DNA of 64,000 nucleotides from an uncultured Candidatus Entotheonella sp. (GTDB lineage Bacteria; Tectomicrobia; Entotheonellia; Entotheonellales; Entotheonellaceae): NCBI GenBank assembly GCA_965217185.1, contig OZ244252.1, positions 1,472,001 to 1,536,000 of the forward strand, read 5' to 3'. Shown piece by piece: positions 29,407 to 39,100 of this stretch (position 1 is its first letter; each line of letters starts with the position of its first letter). The notes under the pieces were generated by a model. It saw only the letters and a program-made list of their open reading frames with translations, ran no database searches and was not told where the DNA came from. The position numbers and the translations under genes were made by a program.

Positions 29407-30480
29407 TTATTTCTTCTCAACCGGCGTGGGGCGCTGGCGCGGAATGCCGAAATTCTCGGCGACCTTATAGGCGGCTTTCGCCTTGTTGCGGTAGGCGATG
29501 ACGTTCTGCGTGTGCAGCGCCCGGTTGATGCTGCTGCCGGGCTTGGCATCGGCAAGCAGCGTGTACGCGTCGCCCAGGTGCTTGTGCGCGGTGCCAAACT
29601 CGTGCGGCGAGGTCTCGGCGTCCAGTTGGTTCACCGCCCTGTCAAACTGGTCGATGGCCCGTTTCAAGTTACGGCTGGCGCCGTTTCCCCGCGCCAGAAT
29701 GAGGTAGGCCAAGCCCATGTTGGTGTAGGTTGTCCCAAGGGTGGCGGCGTCCGGTGCCGCCTCCAGCGCCGCGCGCGCCTGCTCGTAGAACTGCAGGGCT
29801 TGCTCCATGCTCGAGTTGCCCGCCTGATGGAGGTCCCGGTGGACGTTGCCAAGGCGGTTGAGCGTTTGCGCCTGCGCCACCGCATCGGAATCGGCCGCAT
29901 GCAGCCCGAGGGCAGACTGGTAGGCTTCGACCGCTCTGTTTGCAAGCTCCGACTTGGCCTCGACCTGAAAGTGCCGCCGATACGCATCTCCCAGGTGGCT
30001 CTGGACGCTGGCATGGGCGGTGGCGAAGGCGTTGACAGGAAGCAGCGCCAGCGCCTCTTGAAACGCCGCCACCGCCTGGGGCAGATGGCCTTGCGGGTCA
30101 CTCTGCTCGGCGAGTCCGAGATAGCACAGGCCCACCTGTTCCGTGATCTGCCCCTTGGCCTCGCCTGTCAGATCGGCATCGAAGGTGCGCAGAACATGTT
30201 GATAATCCTCCAAGGCGCGAGCGAACTTGCCGCCCTCGTATCGCCCCTCCGCGCGGTGGACGGCGTCGGCGATCCGTGCCTCCAGGGCAGCGCGCTGCTG
30301 CGGACGGACGGTATGATGAATGTAATTCGTGACGGCCCCCATGGCGGCGCCCAGACCAACCAGAATGAGCACCGCGAGAATCCACGGATGCCGATTCAGC
30401 ACCCATCGCACCTCAGCCATGACATGCGCACTCCTCATCAATGGTTGACAACCCGGAGACAACAGATATACGCTCAGCAC
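29407..30480 (-). CDS. Membrane-anchored TPR protein
   Basis: N-terminal TM; repeated LG.AY / A..AY..AL helices; start may be MAEVRW (30420). Confidence 0.8.
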   Translation of the reverse strand: MLSVYLLSPGCQPLMRSAHVMAEVRWVLNRHPWILAVLILVGLGAAMGAVTNYIHHTVRPQQRAALEARIADAVHRAEGRYEGGKFARALEDYQHVLRTFDADLTGEAKGQITEQVGLCYLGLAEQSDPQGHLPQAVAAFQEALALLPVNAFATAHASVQSHLGDAYRRHFQVEAKSELANRAVEAYQSALGLHAADSDAVAQAQTLNRLGNVHRDLHQAGNSSMEQALQFYEQARAALEAAPDAATLGTTYTNMGLAYLILARGNGASRNLKRAIDQFDRAVNQLDAETSPHEFGTAHKHLGDAYTLLADAKPGSSINRALHTQNVIAYRNKAKAAYKVAENFGIPRQRPTPVEKK

Positions 30481-30546
30481 TGTTTATGAAGACGCTTGCA
30501 TCGGCAACCATGACGGTTTCTCGACCCTTCATAAGGTCACACCAGC

Positions 30547-31236
30547 ATGAACATCCAACACACCCTATTCTATAAGTGGCTCCTGGGCAATTCCTTTGCC
30601 GTCCTCATAGGATACGTTGCCTGGCTGCAAGGCTGGATCGAACTGATCCTGCGCAGCGACGCGAGCTATCTGTCGTGGGCGATCATCCTGGTCTTCGGGG
30701 TGTTCTGGATCATCAGTACCTACCACGTCCTGATCCTGAATCGAGAATTGACGCGCTTTGCCGACGCCAGTCCGCAGGGGGTGGCGGCGGATTACTTCGC
30801 CAAGCTGCAGAGCAAGAGCCGCAACCAACAGGGAGCCCCCATCGACCAGAATCTGCTGGCCACCACGCTGCGCATCCGGCTGATGACGTCGGTTCAAGTC
30901 GTCGGTTACGTGGCGAATACCCTGATTCTGCTCGGCCTGATCGGAACCGTCGTCGGATTCGTGATTGCGGTCAGCGGCTTGGGGGACAGCCTCGGCCAGG
31001 GCGAAAACATCGATCGCGTGAAAAACGTGCTGAGCCAGATCGTCAACGGCATGGGCGTGGCGCTGTTCACGACCTTGGTCGGCAGCGTCCTGGGCGGCAT
31101 CTGGCTGCAGGTGCATTACCAGATGCTGTTGCGCGCCGTGACCGATCTCGTGGTGCGCATCGTTGAACACGCCGAGGTCGAAGTGATTCCCCAATTGACC
31201 GTCAATTGGGAAGCGAGGGGCGCCGACGCCTCGTGA
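30547..31236 (+). CDS. MotA/TolQ/ExbB proton-channel family protein
   Basis: LGLIGTVVGF and GMGVALFTTLVG transmembrane motifs. Confidence 0.88.
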   Translation: MNIQHTLFYKWLLGNSFAVLIGYVAWLQGWIELILRSDASYLSWAIILVFGVFWIISTYHVLILNRELTRFADASPQGVAADYFAKLQSKSRNQQGAPIDQNLLATTLRIRLMTSVQVVGYVANTLILLGLIGTVVGFVIAVSGLGDSLGQGENIDRVKNVLSQIVNGMGVALFTTLVGSVLGGIWLQVHYQMLLRAVTDLVVRIVEHAEVEVIPQLTVNWEARGADAS

Positions 31237-31273
31237 GGTTTCCCAATCTTTCAACCCTTCTGCAAGCCGAGAC

Positions 31274-31867
31274 ATGTACGCCTTAGGAGAGTTGACGCCA
31301 GATACCGATCCTGCCGGGGTAGTCTTTCGGGACGTGCTATTCCTCATGGTCCTCAGCCTGGTGGTGGTGATCTTCCTGATGACGTTCCTGATCAATCCGG
31401 TCAAAAAGACCGATGAGGTGCCGATTCGAACGGAGATCCTGATCGAGGCCTTCTGGCCCACGGGCACCTCGTACGACGTGGATTTGTGGGGCATGGGTCC
31501 CGACGGCGTGCCGGTGGGCTGGGGGGTGTTTACGGCGGGTCCGGCCTTGAACCTGGAGCGCGACGACCGCGGCAAAATCAATGACGCCGCCACACTCAAT
31601 TACGAAATGATGTCGATCCGCAGCCGTGACCCGGGCGAATATACGGTCAACCTGCATCTCTACAATGAGTTTGGTGATCCCCTGCCCGTGCCCGTGAAAG
31701 TCACCGTTGCCGGGAAGGGAGACATCGGCGAAATCTTCTCAGGTGACGTGCTGCTGACCCGGCGTAAGCACGAAGTCACCGTCGTGCGGTTCAGCCTGGA
31801 TGAGGACGGGGAGTTGATATCGGACAGCATCCATAATCTCTACAAATCGATCTTGGCCTATCGCTAG
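31274..31867 (+). CDS. Single-TM partner protein with a conserved TM Asp and a YfaP/DUF2135-like extracytoplasmic domain
   Basis: FRDVLF at the TM start (MotB/ExbD-like Asp); DVDLW..GPDG, LERDDRG, PGEYTVNLHLY. Confidence 0.7.
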   Translation: MYALGELTPDTDPAGVVFRDVLFLMVLSLVVVIFLMTFLINPVKKTDEVPIRTEILIEAFWPTGTSYDVDLWGMGPDGVPVGWGVFTAGPALNLERDDRGKINDAATLNYEMMSIRSRDPGEYTVNLHLYNEFGDPLPVPVKVTVAGKGDIGEIFSGDVLLTRRKHEVTVVRFSLDEDGELISDSIHNLYKSILAYR

Positions 31868-31875
31868 GTTTCACT

Positions 31876-32328
31876 ATGTCCGACATCCTCCAATTCATCG
31901 TCCTGTTCGCCATCCATGCGGCGACGGTGTGCTTTCTGTTCGCCATGTTGTTCCTGTACCGTCCCCGGCAATGGGGGCTGCGACTGGTCACCGTGATCAT
32001 CGGCGTGGTTGCCTTGGCTATGCCGTACGTATTTTTGTCCAATACCCTGGGCTATCCCGACCCGTGGCCGGGAAGCGGCGTCTATGACGTGCTGGGTTGG
32101 GACATTGACGAATCGCGGCAGGAAATTTATCTGTTTGTGGCTCAGGAGGATGATTCCACGCCGCGCCATTACCAGGTGCCGTTCAATCTGGAAGCGGCCC
32201 TGACTTTGCAGGAAGCGCAGGAAACGCTGACCATCTTCGAGAAACTCTCGGTGCGAATCGAACCCGGTGCGACGCCGGACATGCCCGCCTATCATTTTCT
32301 CGTGCGCCAGAAGAGCGAGGCTGATTAA
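31876..32328 (+). CDS. Hypothetical 2-TM membrane protein
   Basis: Two TM segments, LGYP, IYLFV...TPRHYQVPF; operonic spacing. Confidence 0.75.
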   Translation: MSDILQFIVLFAIHAATVCFLFAMLFLYRPRQWGLRLVTVIIGVVALAMPYVFLSNTLGYPDPWPGSGVYDVLGWDIDESRQEIYLFVAQEDDSTPRHYQVPFNLEAALTLQEAQETLTIFEKLSVRIEPGATPDMPAYHFLVRQKSEAD

Positions 32329-32330
32329 CT

Positions 32331-32798
32331 ATGCCGTTCACACCCTACGCAGGTCTTCTGGCCCTCCATACGGGCTGCATACTGGTCATTTTCCTCGCCA
32401 TCTTCCTGTCTGGACGCAAACTGAAAGCCTTAGCCGCCATTGCGGGCGCTGTGGCCATCTGGCTGCCCTTGGGGATTCAATTGCAGGCCCTCGGCCATCC
32501 CAATCCCAAGCCGCCCCAAGGAGATTATCAATTGCTGGCCACCCAACCAAGCGCCTCAGAAGAGTCGTTGTACATCTACGTCGAGGCGCTGGAGCAAGAC
32601 GATACGCCGCGGCTTTATCGCATCCCCTTCCCTAAAATCACCTACGAGCGCTTGGAGACAGAGGGCAACGCGGACAATGAGATACGGGTGATCCGCGTCG
32701 AACCGGGTGAGAGCACGGAGTTTGAAGTGTTCTACATCAACTACGAGCCGCCCGATCTCATCAAGGGCGAACCCAGGCGCGGCACCCGGTATCAGTAG
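32331..32798 (+). CDS. Hypothetical 2-TM membrane protein, paralog of the upstream gene
   Basis: Two TM segments, LGHP, LYIYV...TPRLYRIPF. Confidence 0.75.
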   Translation: MPFTPYAGLLALHTGCILVIFLAIFLSGRKLKALAAIAGAVAIWLPLGIQLQALGHPNPKPPQGDYQLLATQPSASEESLYIYVEALEQDDTPRLYRIPFPKITYERLETEGNADNEIRVIRVEPGESTEFEVFYINYEPPDLIKGEPRRGTRYQ

Positions 32799-32830
32799 CA
32801 TCTACCGATCGGGAGCGCTTCCAGGACAGT

Positions 32831-33058
32831 TCAAGCGTCTGAGCGTGATGATGGATGCTCTCGGGTAATCCGAATCAAAAATCGCAGCGCTTCATTGACG
32901 GCTTGGGCGTCTGGAAATACCGCCGCGACATCGGCTTCCAACCGGACGTTCAATTCGCTGAAGCCCTGCCGACCAAGGCCGACCTTTCTCAGCCGCAGGC
33001 TCCTTAAATCATATTCCGGCCGAAGCTCATCTCCCATGTCGGTTTCAGCCTTCTTCAT
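32831..33058 (-). CDS. BrnA-like antitoxin
   Basis: DELRPEYDL, V.LEADVAAVFPDAQAVNEALR; overlaps the BrnT remnant. Confidence 0.8.
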   Translation of the reverse strand: MKKAETDMGDELRPEYDLRSLRLRKVGLGRQGFSELNVRLEADVAAVFPDAQAVNEALRFLIRITREHPSSRSDA

Positions 33059-33283
33059 AAGCGGTTCTTTCCCTCCGTGTCGCTTCCCTTGCTAGGAGAC
33101 GATCAGGAAACGGCGCTGTTGCGATTGACCCACGATGATATAACGGTCCTCCGCCTCGGAATGGTCGGGGTCATGGAAATCGATGTGGAATGGATCATCA
33201 AAGACGGTCTTCGCTTCGTCAAACGAGACCCCATGCTTTGACAAATTGGCCGCTGCTTTGCTTTCGTCCCATTCGAATTCCAT
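33045..33283 (-). pseudogene. BrnT (DUF497) toxin, inactivated by internal deletion
   Basis: MEFEWDESKAAANLSKHGVSFDEA..DPDHS..EDRY; stops at IVS*, with the C-terminal AREATRRERTAYEEG* in another frame. Confidence 0.85.
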
Positions 33284-33403
33284 GAGCTCCACGATACCAT
33301 TGGCTGCATTCGTCCGCCGCGGCTCAGGGCCGCGGTGGCACGCGGTTAGAGCTGTCAGGAGAGCGGCTCTCAACCGGGCATGGTCGTGGGGGCCGGCACG
33401 CCC

Positions 33404-33847
33404 CTACAGCGCCGCCTTGTTACAGCGGCAGGTACCGATCTGGTGCAGCTCGATGATGTTGTCGAAGGGATCGCGCACGAATATCTGATCGGATCCCTGG
33501 CCGACGAGACCCTCGATTTGCCAGTACCAGATGCCGCGGGCCTCCAGATCGCGTTTGGCTTCCTGGATGTCCTCGACCGCGAGGGCGACGTGCGGGTGGG
33601 TGGGGTCTTCCTTTTCGCTGCGCGCGACGGGCGACATGCCGACGGCACCCATGAGGTGTATCTGCGAGGTGTTGTCGCCTTCGCCGATGTACATCCAGAA
33701 GCCGGGAATACCGGGGATCGTGGGCCGGCCGGCGTCGGTCTCCAGCCCCAGCACGTCGCTGTAAAAGGCGCGTGCCTTTTCGACTTCGCCATCTTCCTTG
33801 CCGATGCGAATGCCGTGGTGATGCAGTTCAAGAACCTTGATTGCCAT
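33404..33847 (-). CDS. VOC/glyoxalase family protein
   Basis: LHHHGIRI, FYSDVLGL, HVALAVEDI, FVRDPFDNIIELH. Confidence 0.88.
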   Translation of the reverse strand: MAIKVLELHHHGIRIGKEDGEVEKARAFYSDVLGLETDAGRPTIPGIPGFWMYIGEGDNTSQIHLMGAVGMSPVARSEKEDPTHPHVALAVEDIQEAKRDLEARGIWYWQIEGLVGQGSDQIFVRDPFDNIIELHQIGTCRCNKAAL

Positions 33848-33972
33848 GTGCGGTCTCCTTTTGCCGAGGGGGAATCAAATGCGGGTTTTGCTGCCGATGT
33901 AACGGCTTTCAACAACGCGCTATTCTGCATGCGCCGGGTTCGGGAAACAAGCCGATTCGGGTCCCTCGCGGC

Positions 33973-34755
33973 CTACTGAAAGGCGCGTGGAAACAGGCGC
34001 TTGGCGTTAGCGGTTGTAATTCGGGCCACTTCTTCCACTGGCACGCCCTTGATAGCGGCGATGTGCTGGCAGGAGAGCCAGACGTTGCACGGCTCGTTGC
34101 GTACGTCTTTCTCGGGACCCAGAACGGGGGCGTCGGACTCCAGCAGCAAGTACTCCAGCGGCAGGTGGCGAACGAGTTTCTGTTTCTGCGGCGAACGGAC
34201 GATCGAAGGGGGAATGGAAAAATAGTAGCCCGCTTCGATACCGGCGCGAGCGGTGGCGGCTTTGCCGTCGAAGGCGTGCAGCAGAACGTGCCGGGCGCCG
34301 TTGTCGCGCAGCCAGGCGATGGCGTGACGGCCAGCGGAACGCGAGTGGACGTTGAGCGGCATATCGAGTTCGCGGGACAGGGCAATGTGCTGCGCCAGAA
34401 TGTCGCGCTGCACCTCGCGGTCAGCGGCGTCCTGCACCTTCCAGTAATCCAGGCCAACCTCGCCGATGGCCACCAGTCGGTCCTGGTACTGGCGGATGAA
34501 GTCCAGCATCGCCGCCGCTGCATCGCGGTCCAGAATCGTCGGGTACAGCCCGGCACAGGGCTTGATGAGCGGATGGCGGTCCGCCAACTCGATGACTCGC
34601 TCCGCTTCCGCGAGCGTTTCGCTCACGCAGAGAACCACCTGCACGCCTTGGGTGGCCGCTCGGTCCAGCACATCGTCCAGGTCGTCGGCAAACGCCGCCG
34701 CGTACAGGTGGGCGTGGGCGTCGAAAAGCGGCAGAGCGGATTCGTGCGGTGTCAT
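33973..34755 (-). CDS. TatD-family hydrolase
   Basis: DAHAHL, IGEVGLD, VHSR, LHAF and ESDAP motifs. Confidence 0.93.
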   Translation of the reverse strand: MTPHESALPLFDAHAHLYAAAFADDLDDVLDRAATQGVQVVLCVSETLAEAERVIELADRHPLIKPCAGLYPTILDRDAAAAMLDFIRQYQDRLVAIGEVGLDYWKVQDAADREVQRDILAQHIALSRELDMPLNVHSRSAGRHAIAWLRDNGARHVLLHAFDGKAATARAGIEAGYYFSIPPSIVRSPQKQKLVRHLPLEYLLLESDAPVLGPEKDVRNEPCNVWLSCQHIAAIKGVPVEEVARITTANAKRLFPRAFQ

Positions 34756-34767
34756 CTGCCAACGGCC

Positions 34768-35673
34768 TCAGAAAATGGCAATCGGGTGCGCCGGGGCGCC
34801 AGTAGCACCGACGAGCGGCAGCGGCATGGCCGAGAAAAAGAACTCGTAACGGCCCTGCTCGGCGCAAGCCACCGCCAGACGCTCGGGGTCAACGTTGTCG
34901 ATGAGGGCCAGGCCGAGGAACGGAATGGCCAGGTGTGTGCCCATGCCGAAGCCTTCGTAGCCGCTCGGGCGCTCGTCCATCATGTCCCAGGCGATGGCGG
35001 CGATGTCCTTTTCGCGGAACCATTCCATGCACGACAAATTCAGCCCCGGGTGCGGCGAGATGCGCGGCCGCCAGTCCGGATGGGCGGCGCGAAACGTCTC
35101 GTCGCCGCCGCGCACCACGACCACGTCGCCGGGTTCCACCTGCACGCCGGCGCGGCTGGCAGCGGCGTCCAACTCCTTGGGCGTGACCGGATGCCCAACG
35201 GTAATGTGCCCTTCCTTGCGCCCGGCGGCGATGTCCAGCAGCACACCGCGTGTGAGGATGCCCTTGTTGAAAATGGGGTCGATGGGACACCAGGTGGCGC
35301 CCTCAACGGTCAGGCTGTCGGCGAACGGGCGCCCGTTGTACAACTCCCCGTCCCAGGCCACGTGGCACAGCGCGTCGACGTGCGTGATCCAGAAGCCGTG
35401 GTACACCATGTCGAAGCGGTCCAGCACGATGTCCACCCGCTCCCGTTTCGCCGGGAAGGTGACGTGGTACATGTACACCGGACGGGGCACCACGTCCCGC
35501 GCCAGCGACACCGCCAACCCGCTGCGGATGAGATCCTTCGCCGCCGCCTGCTTGGCCGGCGTGATCAGGTTCAGCGTGCCGAGCTGGTCGTCGTTGCCCC
35601 AGCGGCCCCAATTGTTGAGTTCTTTGAAGTAACCTTCCACACGGTCCTGCGTTGGTATCACCACCGCCGTCAT
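34768..35673 (-). CDS. Cyclase family protein (kynurenine formamidase-like)
   Basis: NWGRWG.DDQLGTLN, THVDALCH, RGVLLD, GATGAP; ATG after GAGGAG. Confidence 0.9.
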   Translation of the reverse strand: MTAVVIPTQDRVEGYFKELNNWGRWGNDDQLGTLNLITPAKQAAAKDLIRSGLAVSLARDVVPRPVYMYHVTFPAKRERVDIVLDRFDMVYHGFWITHVDALCHVAWDGELYNGRPFADSLTVEGATWCPIDPIFNKGILTRGVLLDIAAGRKEGHITVGHPVTPKELDAAASRAGVQVEPGDVVVVRGGDETFRAAHPDWRPRISPHPGLNLSCMEWFREKDIAAIAWDMMDERPSGYEGFGMGTHLAIPFLGLALIDNVDPERLAVACAEQGRYEFFFSAMPLPLVGATGAPAHPIAIF

Positions 35674-35877
35674 TCCCATCTCCTCTGCTGTGTCTTCATC
35701 CCCGCCGTTACGCCGCTCGGTGTTTATCTTGCCTACCGTCCTGCCCGAACGCAACTTGCCCACTGACAACGACCACCGCTTGACCTCCCGCACCAGCTTT
35801 AGTAGTGTGCCACGCCAACAGCCAGGTGCCTAAAGCTGGGCTCCGCGCGGGGCGAAACGATAAACAGGGAGGCGATT

Positions 35878-37245
35878 ATGGACCTCGATGCACGGTATTC
35901 CAGGCGCGACTTCGTTGCGATGACTGCCGGGTTGGCAGCTATGGGGTTGACCACCAGCCTGACACCGGACCTGTTGCACGCGCAGGCCGGCGGCGACCTC
36001 AAGGGCGTCACCATCGTTTACTGGAACATGATCGGGGTGCAGAATCCCATCGTCAAACGCCTCTCCGCCTCGATTGTCAAGGCCTTCGAGCAACGCACGG
36101 GCGCCAAGGTGAAGATGACCTGGGACACCTACGGCAGCATCATCGGCCCCAAGTACCGCACCAACTTCGTCGCCGGCAAAATTCCCACGGTGTTCGACGG
36201 CTCCAATCGCTGGAGCGGCCAGTTGCGGAGCTTCCTGCGGCCGATGAACGACTTTATCGCCGACCTGGACCCGGAGACTCACGCGGCTATCGCCTGGCTG
36301 CTGCCACTGGTCGAGCAGCAGAATCGCGGCTACCCCGACGCCGACCAGATCTACGACCTCCCCTTCACGCTAATCCCGCAGGCGCCGTTCGTGACCCGCC
36401 TCGACCACTGGAAGCAAGCCGGCCTGGACTTCGACAGCAATTGGCCCATCCGAGACACCGAGCATCTCGTCGAGGTCCTCACCGCTTTGCGATCCGTTAC
36501 CGAGTACCCCTACGAGGTGTACGGCAAAATCTGGGACGCCGGCGACACGCAGTTGAACGGCTGGGTGCGGTCGCTGGACATCCCCAACAGCGACTTCATC
36601 AACGACGACTGGAGCCGCTCCACCTGTGACAGCGACGCTTGGTTCACCGCGGTGCAGTTCTATATCGATCTGTACCGCAAGTACGGCTTCTCATCGCCGA
36701 ACACCCCGCAAAGCACCGATGAGAACGCCGTGGAGCAACTCATTCGCGGCAAGAAAAGTCTCGTGCACGCCGACATCCTCAACCGCGGCACGATCATGCG
36801 CCGCATGCGGCGTGGGATTCAAGATGGCACCATCCAGTGGGGACCGCACTGCCCGATGGCCGGCGGCACCACCGGCTCGACGGCGTTTTTGGCCATGAGT
36901 TCGTTCAGCATTGCCCGGCAGGAAGGCCCGGACGCCGCCATCAAGGAAGCAGCCGCCTGGGAATTCATCAAGGAGTGGCTGCTGCCGGAGAATCAAATCG
37001 CCCTGGCCAAAAGCAGCGGCTTGTGTGCCCGCCGCGACCTGTGGGAGGATCTGAAAGGCGCCCCGGACCACTACATCGAGGCCGTCACATCCATGCTGGA
37101 TAATCCCGGCGTGTGGAGCAACCATGTCAGGAGCGTAGATATTCAGTACAATCTGTTCGCGCCGCACATCCAGCAGGCCATGCAGGGAAACGACGTGGCC
37201 AGCGAGTTGCGCGCCTATGCCGCTGCAGTCAACAAAATCCTGTAA
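35878..37245 (+). CDS. Carbohydrate ABC transporter substrate-binding protein (Tat-exported)
   Basis: SRRDFV twin-arginine signal, AAWEFIK; followed by two permeases and an ATPase. Confidence 0.85.
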   Translation: MDLDARYSRRDFVAMTAGLAAMGLTTSLTPDLLHAQAGGDLKGVTIVYWNMIGVQNPIVKRLSASIVKAFEQRTGAKVKMTWDTYGSIIGPKYRTNFVAGKIPTVFDGSNRWSGQLRSFLRPMNDFIADLDPETHAAIAWLLPLVEQQNRGYPDADQIYDLPFTLIPQAPFVTRLDHWKQAGLDFDSNWPIRDTEHLVEVLTALRSVTEYPYEVYGKIWDAGDTQLNGWVRSLDIPNSDFINDDWSRSTCDSDAWFTAVQFYIDLYRKYGFSSPNTPQSTDENAVEQLIRGKKSLVHADILNRGTIMRRMRRGIQDGTIQWGPHCPMAGGTTGSTAFLAMSSFSIARQEGPDAAIKEAAAWEFIKEWLLPENQIALAKSSGLCARRDLWEDLKGAPDHYIEAVTSMLDNPGVWSNHVRSVDIQYNLFAPHIQQAMQGNDVASELRAYAAAVNKIL

Positions 37246-37269
37246 TCCCCGAATAACCCCGGAAATTCG

Positions 37270-38241
37270 ATGGCCCGTCAAGAAGCGCTACATCCTGGGC
37301 ACGCCCTCGACATCAGCCCTGCCCTTCCTGCCGCCGCGGCTGCCAGCCGCCCCACACCAGCTGGCACCGATCGTTGGCTGATCTGGCTGTTCCTGTTGCC
37401 CACCGTGTTGTTCCTCGTCCTGCTGCTGTGGCTGCCGTTCCTGCAGGGCGTGTGGATGAGTTTCCACAAGTGGCCGTTCATCGGCGAGCCGCAATGGATC
37501 GGCCTGCAGAATTACCGTGACCTGTTCGGCGCGGCGTATTTCTGGACCACGATGCGCGTCACCCTGTTGTACTCGCTGAGCACCGTTCTGCAATTGGCCC
37601 TGGCCCTCGTCGCCGCCCTGACGCTGAACCAATCATTCATCCCCCTGAAATCCGTGTGGCGCGGCGTCATGCTGATGCCTTATGCCATGCCGCCGGTGGT
37701 CGTCGGCGCGATCTGGATGTACCTGCTCGACCCCGACCTTGGCATGGTGACGCACTATCTGCTGAGCTGGGGCATCATCTCTGAGCCGATCTACTGGTTC
37801 TCGGATCCGGTGTGGGCCAAGTGGATCATCATGCTGGTGGCGTCGTGGACCTTCTGGCCGTTCATGTTCATCATCCTGCTGGCGGCCCTGCAGGCCATAC
37901 CCGGGAGCTACTACGAGCTCGCGGAGGTCTACGGCGCCAATCCGTGGCGACGTTTCTGGGTGGTGACCCTGCCACACATTCGCGGCGCCATGCTTGCCGC
38001 GGTGATCATCCGCATCGCCTGGAATCTGGCCAAGATCGAGCAACCCTTCCAACTCACCGGCGGTGGCCCGGGCTACGAAACCAGCGTCCTCAGCATTCTG
38101 ACCTACCGCTTCGCCTATCTGTCGGGTGATTTCGGCATGGCGTTCACCGTCGGGCTGCTCCTCATCCTGGTCACCTTCGTGCTCATCGCGCCGTTTCTGC
38201 GCGGCTTTCAGAAGCAGATCAAGCAGGCACGGAGGCGCTGA
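37270..38241 (+). CDS. Carbohydrate ABC transporter permease
   Basis: WIGLQNY, ALQAIP..YYELAEVYGA (EAA loop), LTGGGPG. Confidence 0.92.
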   Translation: MARQEALHPGHALDISPALPAAAAASRPTPAGTDRWLIWLFLLPTVLFLVLLLWLPFLQGVWMSFHKWPFIGEPQWIGLQNYRDLFGAAYFWTTMRVTLLYSLSTVLQLALALVAALTLNQSFIPLKSVWRGVMLMPYAMPPVVVGAIWMYLLDPDLGMVTHYLLSWGIISEPIYWFSDPVWAKWIIMLVASWTFWPFMFIILLAALQAIPGSYYELAEVYGANPWRRFWVVTLPHIRGAMLAAVIIRIAWNLAKIEQPFQLTGGGPGYETSVLSILTYRFAYLSGDFGMAFTVGLLLILVTFVLIAPFLRGFQKQIKQARRR

Positions 38242-38249
38242 ACAGCCCT

Positions 38250-39083
38250 ATGGCCATGTACACGCAGCGTTCAACCCTCACGCAGATAGTACTCGGCTAC
38301 GGCGGTCTCGCCGTGGTTCTGCTGATCGTCCTGATCCCATACAGCTACATTGCCCTCACCGCCTTCAAGCCGGCCGAGGAAATTTTCGACGTGCGTTGGC
38401 TCCCCAGGGTGTGGAGCCTGGACGCTTGGCGCTATGCCATCGAATTCGAACAGTTCCACGTCTACATCTACAACAGCATGATCGCCGGGCTGGGCGCCGC
38501 GGTGCTGGCGCTGTGCGTCGCCGTGCCGGGCGCCTACGTCTTCGGGCGCAAGCAGTTCCGCGGCAAGGACGTGATGTTCTACATCATCGTCATGGCGCTG
38601 CTGTTTCCCTTCGTGCTGCTCGTCGTGCCGTTCACCATCCTGTGGGTGAAGATCGGACTTTACGACACCATGCCGGGGTTGTGGCTGGCGTACCAGGTGT
38701 TCATCATCCCCTTCGCCATCTGGATTCTGCGCGCCTATTTCGCCGAGTTGCCGCCGTTCCTCGAAGAGTGCGCCATGGTTTACGGCTGCACGGCGTTCAA
38801 GGCGTTTTGGCGCGTCATGCTGCCGCTGGCCAAGCCGATCATCACCTCGCTGATGTTTCTCGCCTTTCTGGTCGGCTGGAACGATTTTCTGTTCTCCAAC
38901 ATGCTGACGACGGGCGAAGGGCCGCGCACCGCATCGGTCATCATTTACGTCTCGGCAGTAGGCGGCGAGCGCGTCGAGTGGGACGTGCTGATGGTCATGA
39001 CGCTGATGGCCGGCATCCCGCCGGTGCTGCTGTATATCCTGGCGCAGGGCCAATTCCTGAAGACATTCGCCGTTCGCGGCTAA
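38250..39083 (+). CDS. Carbohydrate ABC transporter permease
   Basis: PFAIWIL..YF..LP..LEECA..YG, WNDFLF. Confidence 0.92.
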   Translation: MAMYTQRSTLTQIVLGYGGLAVVLLIVLIPYSYIALTAFKPAEEIFDVRWLPRVWSLDAWRYAIEFEQFHVYIYNSMIAGLGAAVLALCVAVPGAYVFGRKQFRGKDVMFYIIVMALLFPFVLLVVPFTILWVKIGLYDTMPGLWLAYQVFIIPFAIWILRAYFAELPPFLEECAMVYGCTAFKAFWRVMLPLAKPIITSLMFLAFLVGWNDFLFSNMLTTGEGPRTASVIIYVSAVGGERVEWDVLMVMTLMAGIPPVLLYILAQGQFLKTFAVRG

Positions 39084-39100
39084 TAACCAGGGAGTACGGG

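Noticed and set aside
30547..32798. Zorya defence system or flagellar stator
   Set aside because: No long ZorA tail, no OmpA-like peptidoglycan-binding domain, no zorC/D/E or flagellar genes
33841..35766. 641-aa plus-strand ORF, and similar long shadow ORFs (19432-20988, 12247-13359, 18509-19594)
   Set aside because: Antisense shadows of well-supported genes, typical of high-GC DNA; no motifs
38126..39100. Apparent 325-aa N-terminal extension of the ABC ATPase
   Set aside because: Overlaps the permease in another frame; the real start is the GTG at 39101 with an RBS
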